NCBI GenBank assembly: GCA_009914755.4 | Contig: CP068257.2 | Location: forward strand, 24,800,001 to 24,864,000 | Direction: 5' to 3' | Origin: the human T2T-CHM13v2.0 reference genome, Homo sapiens | Length of the DNA stretch: 64,000 nt | Shown here: piece after piece, positions 53,681 to 64,000 of the stretch | How positions within the stretch are numbered: the first letter of the stretch is position 1 | Layout of the letters: every line of letters starts with the position of its first letter | Program-made: the position numbers and the translations under genes | Notes under the pieces: model-generated | The model's database searches: none | What the model saw: only the letters and a program-made list of their open reading frames with translations | What the model was told of the DNA's origin: nothing

Positions 53681-54149
53681 TTTCCACTTCACCCCTTGTG
53701 CTCCTGGAGCAGATCTGCGTGACTGGGAGCAAAGGATCCTGGGAGGGCCAGCCCACAATATGGAAGGAGGCGGAGTCACACAGCCGTGACTTGAGAGAGA
53801 GCCACACGGGTGAACTGTTGACGTGATCAAGAAATGAAAGTGTATTTGGCTAAGCCACGGAGATTTCAGGGTTTATTTGTTTCAGCAGCATAATCAACTT
53901 CACGATTAAAAGAAGAGGATATGGATTCCAGAATCTTATTAAAATGGGATATCAAAGGGGTTTAAACTCAGGAAACAAAATGGAAGCACTACTGTGGTGA
54001 ATCCCTGGAAATACCACGTTAGTAGGCAGATGAAACTTCCAAGGACTTGGGCGTGGCTGTTAGGCTTCCCCAGTTATTTAGCTGAATGTGCAGAGCAGGG
54101 CACCGGATTTGGTAAAGAATTTGAGGGCCAAACCCATTTTGTCTTGGAG

Positions 54150-54350
54150 TGAAGGCTGTGATCCTCAACTCTGGCTTCAAGTTAGGTTTCAATTAAATCA
54201 CAAAAATGCTGATGTTTGGGCCTTAAGTCAAATCGGTTAAATCAGAATCTCTGGAGATGAGATCAAGATATTGTTATATTTTTAAAGTTACCCTAGTAGT
54301 GCTAATACGTAGCTAGATTGGGAATCCCTGAGTTGATGTAACTAGAGGCA
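54150..54350 (+). mobile_element. MER5-like hAT-Charlie nonautonomous element, diverged
   Basis: ggctgtgatcctcaactctggcttcaagttaggtttcaattaaatcacaaaaatgctgatgtttgggccttaagtcaaatcggttaaatcagaatctctggagatgag has the same layout as MER5A (cagtggttctcaaagtgtggtcc...gaaatgcaaattctcgggccccaccccagacctactgaatcagaaactctggggg) and shares the motif aatcagaatctctgg. Confidence 0.35.
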
Positions 54351-56753
54351 AATATTTTCACAAAGGGGTCTGAAGCTGCTTAAGAGCTTTGTCTCAATAG
54401 AAATTGGGTTAGGAAGCCTAGGACAGAGTCCAAAGGAAAGAAATATCAGCTAGATTCAGATATGTGGAACTGGAAAAGAAGAATATTTTAGCATCAATCT
54501 CTCAAGAAAAAAAGAGGTAATGACTTAAAGTACTTCCATCAACAGAGATTATATGAAAGAAATGCTGTTAATGAATATTGCTATTATTTTTTTCTCAGTC
54601 TACAAAATGCATTTAAAATATAGGAAGAAATCATGGATGTACAAAATGAATATTTAACATAGAATCATTTTTTTCTGGTAAATATACAAAACTAGTAAAC
54701 CTTAACAAGATGTTACAGAAATAGAGACACTGAACAATTGCTGGCAATCTTTTTTGTTTATATATAGCCATTGAAGGATATGTTTGATTATATGAAAATA
54801 GACAGGTCAGTGCATCCCAAATGGGGAGAATACTCTAGCAAGCTAGAAATTTCCAAATTTGTGTAGACCCGGATAAATAGAATATTTATTGATATTTATC
54901 CAATACTTATAGAATATTTATGCAATACCCTATTGCTGATCTAACCCACGTTCAGCAAGGAAGATCAGTTTCCCACCAGATGTGAGTGAATCTTAATGGA
55001 AAGGTATACATTAATTTCATTTAGTCATTTATAACTTTTATTCAAAAATTTTCTTTGTTTTTGGACCATTAACATCTAGTAGGATGACCAACTTGAAAAT
55101 ATCTTCTGGTAATGAAAGATATTTATTGAACAGTAACTTATTATTTAGTTTTAACAATTTAAAAAGGTTACCAAACAACACACAACTTTGCTATACCAAG
55201 TTGCACTTGTGCCAAAGTTTTAAAATTTTCTTTACTTGGAATCAGAGTCAACTTTCTTAGTAACTTTGGTCCTTAAAACATCCTCATATTTGGTCAGATT
55301 TAATTCGATAAGGGGCCCTTTCCTACTAATGTACGCTCAGCAGGAAATCCAGATCCTAAAAATTCCAGGGAACAACATCAATAACTTATTTTATAGAAAT
55401 AGTTTTGGATTATGCCAATCAATTCACCAGTCCATGATTTCAAAGATCGTTTCATCAATCTTGTATCATTCATGTCATAGAACATAAAATAAGCCCTTTA
55501 ACAAGAATTTGGATTTCATTCTATAAGAAAGACAAGGTCATTTTTAAAAAGCAAATCAGCTAGCAAGAGTGCTATGAGAAGAATGCCTACAAAGAAAAAT
55601 GGTTATACAGCCTTCAGCCCTATTCCATAAATCTTGACTTATATTTTTCCCTTCTGCTTCTAGGAGATAGTTTGCTTCTTATATGATTCCCTAAGGGAAG
55701 TTCCAGTAGCACATGGGGCTAAGAAATATAATTTGCTCTTTTACTATTTGAAATTCAAGTTATTAAACTACCATGGACTAGTGAAGTATGACTCATATCC
55801 ATATGACCCACCTTAGAAGGAGTCATACACACTGCCTCGTACAATGATATCCTAATAATGTAAAACTAATAATTAATTTTTGGGGGACCAATCAATTTAG
55901 AATCAAAGCCCCTCTGTTATGTTGCAAAATACCTACAGAATGCACATTCTTTTCTACATTGAAAGACAGGTGACCACTTCCCTTCAGCAGACTCTTATTG
56001 TAAGATCAATATGTGTAAATATTGATCTTATGCCCTCTATTGAATTAAAGTTTGAACTGTATGTCTTATTCAGGTGACATATGTCATTTGTATCATATGT
56101 TTTTATTTGGTTTGAAATTTCAAGAAGCTAAATTTGATGTCAGCTTTCCAAGATTTCTACCTTTTACATTTGCTAAGTTCTTGAAAAAGAGTGAGGAACA
56201 CATCTCTTCATATATTCACTTACTACAGATGAAGTACCTAGTCAGTATTTTTCTAGGAGCTGTGGATACAACAATGATCTAGAAGGTGTCATATTTGGCC
56301 TCTCTCAGGGAGAAAGACAGACAACAAAAATAACATCTTATTTGAAGGCCCTATAGCCATTTTTCTTTGTTGGCATTCTTCTCATAGCATTCTTGCTAGC
56401 TGATTTGCTTTTTAAAAATGACCTTGTCTTTCTTATAGGATCACGTCCAAATTGTAAAGATGTTAAGGAAGAAGTAATTAAAATGAGATTTGAAAGATCA
56501 GTTAGTCAAGGAAGAAGAGAAAAGAGTATTCAAGGAGAGGAAACAACCAGTAGGAAGGCAAAAGAGCACAGGCCTGTTTTAAGAGAGAAAAGTTCAATAC
56601 AGCAAGTCTGTATTCAGTTTTGATGGTAGGAGGGTGTTTGACTAATGGTTGTGAATGTGCTTGGAGAATTAAGTCTAGCTTGTGAAGGGCCTTATGAGCC
56701 ATGCTAACATGAAAACTGGAACATAACAATAACAGTGGCAAGAGTAGAGCTGT

Positions 56754-57126
56754 TGTATTAGTCTATTCTCATGTTACTATATGGACATATCCAAGACTGG
56801 GTAATTTATAAAGCAAAGGGGTTTAATTGACTCACACTTCCGCATGACTGGGGAGGCCTCAGGAAACTTACAATCATGGGGAAGGGGAAGCAAACACGTT
56901 CTTCTTCACATGGCGGCAGGAGACAGAAGTGCTGAGCAAAGGGGGAAAAGCCCCTTATAGAACCCTCAGATCTCATGAGAATTCACTCATTACCACGAGA
57001 ACGGCATGCGAGTAACTGCCCCCAAAATTTAATTACCTCCCACTGGGTCCCTCCCACAACACATGGGGATTATGGGAACTACAATTCAAGATGAGATTTG
57101 GTTGAGGACACAGCCAAACCATATCA
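56754..57126 (-). mobile_element. THE1-family MaLR solo LTR (full length)
   Basis: The plus strand tgtattagtctattctcatgttactatatggacatatccaagactgggtaatttataaagcaaaggggtttaattgactcacacttccgcatgactggggaggcctcaggaaacttacaatcatgg...cccactgggtccctcccacaacacatggggattatgggaactacaattcaagatgagatttggttgaggacacagccaaaccatatca is the reverse complement of the THE1 LTR (TGATATGGTTTGGCTGTGTCCCCACCCAAATCTCATCTTGAATTGTAG...GGACTAATACA). Confidence 0.85.
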
Positions 57127-57210
57127 GCTGTGTTTCAAAATGATATTCGTAGAATGAAAAATAGATAATAAAAGTCGAGAATGGAAACAGGGACACTAAT
57201 TGGGAGGCTG

Positions 57211-57661
57211 CTATGGTAACTGATGTGAGGAAAGGAATGGTCTCCAAAAAGATATGTCCATGTTCTAATTCCCTGAACCATATTTGGAAAGGGTCTTTGC
57301 AGGTGTAATTACATTGAGGGTCTTGAGGTGTAGGGTTCATACTGGATTACCTGGGTCAGCCCTAAATACAACGATGAGTATTTTTATAAGGGACACACAG
57401 GGGCGATGTGACAGACAGAAAAAGAGAAGGCCATGTGACTGTAGAGGCAGAGATTTCAGCATGAGCTGAGGAATGTTGACAGCACCAGAAACTGGGAGAG
57501 GTAAGGAAGGTTTTTCCTCTAGGGATTCCAGAGGGAGTATGGCTCTGCTGACACACTGTTTTCAGACTTCTGGTCCCCAGAACGTCAAGAGAATAAATTT
57601 CTGTTGTTTTTAGTTAAAATTTTTTGGTAATTTGTTATGGCAGCCACAGGTAACTAACATA
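57211..57661 (+). mobile_element. MLT1-family MaLR solo LTR
   Basis: Head tgctatggtaactgatgtgaggaaaggaatggtctccaaaaagatatgtccatgttctaattccctgaacc... (compare MLT1 TGTTATGGTCTGAATGTGTCCCC...CATATGTTGAAGCCCTAACCCCC). Tail ...gacttctggtccccagaacgtcaagagaataaatttctgttgtttttagttaaaattttttggtaatttgttatggcagccacaggtaactaacata (compare ...CTCCAGAACTGTGAGAAATAAATGTTTGTTGTTTAAGCCACCCAGTCTATGGTATTTTGTTATAGCAGCCCGAACTAAGACA). Confidence 0.7.
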
Positions 57662-58046
57662 GCAAGGCAAAAGCAAAACACAGGCAGATGAAAAGGAGAA
57701 AACCTGGTGCATTTGGGTCACTGTACAAGTCCAGTAGTGCAGGACCTAACAATATCTGTGAGTGAGAAGCTGGAAATGAGGTTGGACAGATAAGCAGGAG
57801 GTTATGTTTGTGAAAGGCTGCTGGGTCTGATTGCACATGAAATGCCAGAAGATCAGTGAGTGGATCAGACTGGCTGGAAGAGGATTACATTTTTGAGCAG
57901 TGGAAAGGAAAACTGGAAAGGGAAAGGGAGGAGCAATGAACAGAACACATTTTTGTTTTTTTTTTTTTTTTCAGAGAAGGGGTCTATGGTAGTGCAGGGA
58001 GAGAACTGGAAAGGGCTTGATTGGGGAAATTTATACCCTACCCAAA

Positions 58047-58440
58047 ATAGGGCAATGTCTTAGTTGCCTTGGGCTGCTATGACAAATACCACAGGCTAGG
58101 TGATTCAAACAATAGAAATTTATTTCTCATAGTTCTGGAGGCTGGGAAGTCCAAGATCAAGGTGCTGGCAAATTTGGTTCTTGGTGAGGACCTACTTTCT
58201 GGCCACCATCTTGCTGTGTCTTCACATTGCAGAGAGAAGAACCTTTGGTGGTTCTTCCTCTTTTTATAAGGATCCTAATCCCATCATGGTGGGGGATCCA
58301 CCCTCCTAACCTCATCTAAACCTAATTCTCTGTTAAAGGCCCCACCATCCTAATGCCATCATGTTGGGGATATGGGCTGCAATATATAAATTTTATGGTG
58401 GCACAAACATTCAGTCCATAACAGGCAAGAAATTAAACTA
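58047..58440 (-). mobile_element. MLT1-family MaLR solo LTR
   Basis: The plus strand tgtcttagttgccttgggctgctatgacaaataccacaggctaggtgattcaaacaatagaaatttatttctcatagttctggaggctgggaagtccaagatcaaggtgctggcaaatttggttcttggtgaggacc...gccccaccatcctaatgccatcatgttggggatatgggctgcaatatataaattttatggtggcacaaacattcagtccataacag is the reverse complement of the MLT1 consensus (TGTTATGG...AACTAAGACA). Confidence 0.75.
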
Positions 58441-59176
58441 TCCATGCATCAGATGTGGGCCACATAGGAAAGAGGGTCAGCCTGGAGCTCTTCTAGGTCC
58501 TGAGAGTACCACCTGGAAGGGCAATGGGCCACAATAGGAGAGTCTGAGTCTTTGTGGAGCGGATGATGGAAGGCCAGGAAGTGGTGCAAGGAGGAAGGGA
58601 AAGCAGACACTTGTAGCAGATGCCAGCAAGGCTTCCAGGCCAGCAGGGGAGAGGCTGTGTCTAAGTACTGGAGGCTGCTATTAGAGAGGCCCAGTGGCTT
58701 AGGACAGTACTTATCAGGAGCTGAACAAGAACTTTCCTCTTTTTCTCTCTCCCCAACAACAGCTCTCAAACTGGTGGGCCTGCACTGGGGGTGGGGAGGA
58801 CTTCTGGGTGGGAAATGAGTGGGAAGACAGAGCAATTGGCCACACCCCTCTCCCCAAGGGCAGGTGACCCACTGACTGCTGGCCTCAGCTGGAAGATGGG
58901 GATAAGCCTTGCATGAAGTCTAAGATGTTTACTGACATCTTAGATTAGACATTTAAAATTTCTGAATTAGAGTGTTTTGAGACATAGAAGACTTGAGGAC
59001 TCAGCCATCAGAGTAGAAAGTTTCCTATAAAACAGTAGTGGGACAGAGTTGTGTTTTGCTTATCTATTAAGCATCATACTTGTACCATGTACCATTTAGA
59101 TTTTCAAAGAAAAGGATGGACATTTCATCCAGGAAATCCTAGTGAGTGACTTATTTCCTTAGAATAAAATCAGTAA

Positions 59177-59474
59177 GGCCGGGCGCAGTGACTTACGCCT
59201 GTAATCCCAGCACTTTGGGAGGCCAAGGCAGGCAGATCATGAAGTCAGGAGATCGAGACCATCCTGGCCAACATGGTGAAACCCCATCTCTACTAAAAAT
59301 ACAAAAATTAGCTGGGCGTGGTGGCACATGCCTGCAATCCTAGCTACTCGGGAGGCTGAAGCAGGAGAATCGCTTGAACCGGGAGTTGGAGGTTGCAGTG
59401 AGCCGAGATTGCACCACTGCACTCCAGCCTGGTGACAGAGTGAGACTTCGTCTAAATAAATAAACAAATAAAAT
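59177..59474 (+). mobile_element. Alu SINE (AluY-like, full length)
   Basis: ggccgggcgcagtgacttacgcctgtaatcccagcactttgggaggccaaggcaggcagatcatgaagtcaggagatcgagaccatcctggccaacatggtgaaaccccatctctactaaaaatacaaaaattagctgggcgtggtggcacatgcctgcaatcctagctactcgggaggctgaagcaggagaatcgcttgaaccgggagttggaggttgcagtgagccgagattgcaccactgcactccagcctggtgacagagtgagacttcgtctaaataaataaacaaataaaa. Confidence 0.95.
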
Positions 59475-62341
59475 CAGCAAGATGGAAAAGGCCTGTTCTG
59501 AATAGATGCTTCCCTATTTCTCTAGTGCTAAATTTAAGATAGACAAATCATGTTGTGCAATGTATTTGGTTAATGTTATCACTTCTAATTCTTACAGGTT
59601 TTATACAGAAATTTCTAAAGCATCACATTCACATTCCATTTGTTTTCCCTAGCCAAGAGAGGTCTGTAACATGGTAAACACAAAAGACTCAGAACTGAAA
59701 ACTGGAATTGAAAAGACTTTTCTATTCTGTTCACAAGGACCTTCTTTTCCCCCTTGGTTCACCACTTAATCTTTTGGTCTCTTTTTCTTCATCTGTACAG
59801 TGGAGATAATGGGTCCCAATTTCATTTTATGTTATCTCGATGGAAGGATTCCCACAGTTAGACTGAATGAAAACCTGACAAGTAATACCCACTTATCTAC
59901 CTCTCTGAAGTGCTGTAAGAATTAATGACAGCCTGCAAAGTGCACTGACGATGAAGAACACGCCATGAGAGAAAGAGAGGTGATGAGTATTATTAAAAGT
60001 GTCAAAGGATAAGTATATCTTAATGAATGTGGATAAACACATACACCAAAGGATCTTGGCTTGCTTGCCCTAGTGCCTCAATGCCTTAGGGTAAAAAGAA
60101 ATATGAATAATATCTGAGTAGAAAAATAAAAGCAGTAAAAAAAATCTCTCCATCCAGGACATTAGTAGTGAAATCATTTTTACATCCTAAAATATTTCAT
60201 TCTAAATTTTAAAAATAAAGCACTGATTTATGCACCCCAAATCTAATGAAATCAAGCAGTATGTCTTGGAAATTTAGAACAGTCTATGTAGGAAGGCAAA
60301 GTACTAAAGACAAAGATGTTCAGAAATTGAGTCAAGCCAAACAGATCAAAGATACTCTGCTCCCCAATGCAAAAGGCATCACGGGCAGAATTTATTTGCT
60401 ATGTATAGAATTGAGAACTGCTTTTTTTTTTTTTTTTTGATCTTGCAAAGGAGATGAAATGGATATGTGAATGTTGCTTGATTAGGAGGACACTCTGGGA
60501 GCGGGCAAAAATGCACAGCAAATTTGACAGGAAGAGTAACTAATAATTACTTTGGTTAGTTACATTTACAAAACAATAAGAGAAGAATAAGTCACTTATG
60601 AAGTTAAATAAATTTAAAGAAAATTAGGGTAGTTGTTTCCTTCCTGTACACAAATTATTTCAGGCTATGAACTCTCCAGCAAGTAAATAAAAAATTATTT
60701 TGGCTTTTACAATTTATCTTGGTCTTGATGCACACAAGGGCAAGATATGACAGTGTCTATTTCTTCTAGAGGACTCCGATTTGTTGTATATATAAGCAGG
60801 TGTCCTCATAAGTCTCATTATATACTATGTTTACCTCCACATATATTTTCTGTTTCCTATTGTTTGTTTCTATGTTGTAATATGCCAGTGAGCTATAGGT
60901 AATGTTGGAGAAGAGATTTTTTAAAAAATCTCTTATCTTTCATACCATATGTGAAACAGGTGGTAGTCTGCTCTCATAGATGAATATTTCTGTGATGAAT
61001 TTTTTCTTTTTATTTCTTATTTACATAAGCTAATTTATTTTTGCCAAAGTGTTTACATTCTGCCCTATAGATGTGGTCTGAGTGTATTTGCTGTAGTCAA
61101 AAGTCTCTGTTTTATACTTGATTTTGGAGTTAGGTGGGACAAGGAAAATGCAAGTAGATGGAACTCATGGTGGCCTTAATGTTATCATTTCTTTTTTAAA
61201 CAGGGCTCAATTTTAGAGCTGTGCTGTAGTCCACAAAACAATCAGTCTCTATGACAATAATTCTAATTTTGGTAGAATAATTTTAACACCACTAAAAGCA
61301 CTTGGAGAGACTTCATTTATGTAGGACATTAGTGAGATAATTTGGAACCTGTTCCTGAGTGCGGGACATACTTGCAAATATTTAAATGCTGACTTCTTTA
61401 GTCACTTGTTTCACTTTTTAAAAAAAGAAAATAGTAATTTGAGGTATATGATCAAAATTAAATAAAAACTCTACTTAAACAGTATATTACTGAGTATTAT
61501 ATTTTCTTGGTAAAAAATTAAAGTATTGTGAAACAAATATTGAATAAATAACTAAAAATCCCATATTTAATAAATTAATTATAGAGTGAAAATTTTCCTT
61601 TGAAATCCTCTCTTCAACACACTATAATATTCGTATGTGTGTGAAATTCTTCCCTATTCCAAATTTACCATCTCATTTCTGTTCACTTTTGTGTCCACAG
61701 AGTATCTGCCTGGAAACCCTGTTGCCTGGAGACCACTCTTGAAGAACATCCACTGCTGTGGCCTCTTAAAGATTTAAGACATCTAATGAACAGCTGACAG
61801 AAATCATCAATTTGCTCCTCAGTAAGTAATATTTTTAAGTCACAATAAAACACTTATCTGGATATTATTTATTCAGATAATCATAACAGCTCAAGTATAG
61901 GATGCAAAGGGGAAAAATACCTTTGAAAAATTTGAATTGTACAAATCCATACAAAAGAGAGATGGGACAAAAAATAAAATCTGCATTTTCTTCATGGAAG
62001 ACGCTGTCGAGTCCTCCTATTAATTATTTATTCAGATTTTAAAAACTATTCAAAAAGGCTTTACGTATATTTTGAACTCTATTATGTATTATCGTTCTCT
62101 GTGGCCCAAAGGAATTTTGAAGCAGAAATTCAATAAATGGCATAAGGATACTGGAATAGTGGATGAGAGGAGACATGATGCAGCCAAAAGAATTCCATCT
62201 CAACTTGAGGCATTCTGGAGAGGGTTCAAGAATCCAGCATATCTTAACAGTGTCCAAGTATCTCACAATATGATGGCAGAATTTGTCACCAGTAACAGAC
62301 ACCAAGTACAAATTATTATTATTTTATTTTACTCTTTGTGA

Positions 62342-62606
<265 letters not shown>

Positions 62607-63110
62607 AATTTTTATTATTTTAAAAAATTATTTAAAAATTTTTTGTGAGTACATAGTAGGTGTATATATTTATGGAGTACATGAGGTGTTTTGATACACG
62701 CATGCAATGTGAAATAAGTACATCATGAAGAATGAAGTATCCATCCCCTCAAGCATTTATCCTTTCAGTTACAAATAATCCAATTACATTCTTTAAGTTA
62801 TTTTAAAATGTACAATTAAGTTATTATTGACTATAGTCACCGTATTGTGCTATCAAATAGTAGGTCTTATTCATTCTTTCTATTGTTTTGTACCCTTTAA
62901 CCATCCTCACCTCCATCCGATTCCCTGACTACCCTTCCCAGCCTCTGGTAACCACCCTTCTACTCCCTATGTCCGTGAGTTGAATTGATTTGATTTTTAG
63001 ATCCCACAAAAAGTGAGAACATGCAATGTTTGTCTTTCTGTGCCTGGCTTATTTCACTGAACATAATGATCTCCAGTTCCATCCATGTCCCCGAATACAA
63101 ATTAATACAT
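62607..63110 (-). mobile_element. L1 3'-UTR fragment (older primate L1) with tail
   Basis: taatttttattattttaaaaaattatttaaaaattttttgtgagtacatagtaggtgtatatatttatggagtacatgaggtgttttgatacacgcatgcaatgtgaaataagtacatcatgaagaatgaag...gactatagtcaccgtattgtgctatcaaatagtaggtcttattc...cccacaaaaagtgagaacatgcaatgtttgtctttctgtgcctggcttatttcactgaacataatgatctccagttccatccatgtcc is the reverse complement of the L1 3' UTR. Confidence 0.85.
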
Positions 63111-64000
63111 GGTAGAATCTGTGCTCTGTTTAAGAAGTTAGGAACATATTCAGGCTATATTTTGCATTTTTGAAAGATGGTTAAAATATTTTAAAAATGT
63201 TTATGCTGAAAGGAAAAAGTTCTGTGAACTAGAAAATTTACATGAATTAAAACATAGCTCAGAGATGAAATCTGAAAGAAAACATGGCCCCTCTTTGCTA
63301 AACTTCATAGTTTTGATGCTGTTAATTACACTTTGTTTTCCATATGATGCCTCATGGTGACCAAAGTAAGGTAAATTATTTTGAATTAATATTCCCTCCA
63401 AAAATTGTTATCCCCAAGCATGTAAAAAGTAAAAAGCAATAAAAGCCCAAGTTGCAAAGAAAGATGTGCTTCTATAAGAGCATTTGGAGGCTGCCGGAAG
63501 ATGGTGCATTCCAGAGAGCTTAAGACTGAGCTTTGATAACAGACAGACCCAAATTTCTGCCACATTTCACAGTGTGACTGTGCATTGGCTGCTCAACCTT
63601 GCTAAGCTTTAATATTTTTGTGTAAGAAAAATATATGTATTTATTGTACCTAAAGGTTGTTAAGAGAATTAAATGAGTGTGTGTACATAACCAGAGTGCC
63701 TGGAACATTAAATGCTTAATGCACATTAGCTATTACCCTTATCATTATTATCAAGTTAAATTAAGCCAATATAATCATAAAGTTGGAAGCTGAGTTTATG
63801 AGGGCAGTGGCAAAGCCACCTAGCTAATCATGAGCTGCTGTTTAACAAAATGAAAGGAAGTTATTGTTTACATAACACCATACAAAGAGGACATTTTGGA
63901 GAAACTAGGTTAATACATATTTTAAAAAAAAGGTTTTTAATGCTTTTCGTAAGCGCGAGAGAAGAAATTGAGATAACGTTGCATTAAGGAACTATTTAGT

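Noticed and set aside
58449-58835. 128-aa minus ORF in the GC-rich segment after the MLT1 LTR
   Set aside because: It is proline/serine-rich low-complexity translation of a GC-rich repeat-like segment (ERV-internal-like). It has no splice sites and no recognisable domain.

Overview
This is a human (primate) genomic window: 64 kb, AT-rich and CpG-depleted, with no long ORFs. It carries the usual human repeat set: Alu SINEs with A-tails, L1 3' ends, MIR/L2 relics, MaLR LTRs (THE1/MST and MLT1 types), a MADE1 mariner MITE and several microsatellites. CRISPR, rRNA and prokaryote-style features do not apply. The only protein-coding signal is two minus-strand exons with canonical splice sites. An internal 158-bp exon at 38396-38553 encodes a single transmembrane helix plus a basic stop-transfer segment. 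A terminal coding exon at 26626-26759 continues in frame and encodes a tail with three PPPY motifs ending at TAA. Joined, they give a 96-aa C-terminal peptide: [96 protein letters not shown]. That architecture fits the last two exons of CYYR1 (cysteine/tyrosine-rich 1, chr21q21, minus strand, 154 aa, 4 exons). The gene name is an inference from protein features and genomic context, not a database hit. The rest of the window is intron plus downstream intergenic/3' UTR sequence dominated by transposon relics. Other notable structures are a roughly 1.5-kb DNA-transposon-like element with ~50-bp terminal inverted repeats and 8-bp flanking direct repeats (52181-53680), a cluster of three MaLR LTRs in mixed orientation (56754-58440), a compound (TCTA)n STR, and a (TTCC)n array grown from an Alu tail.
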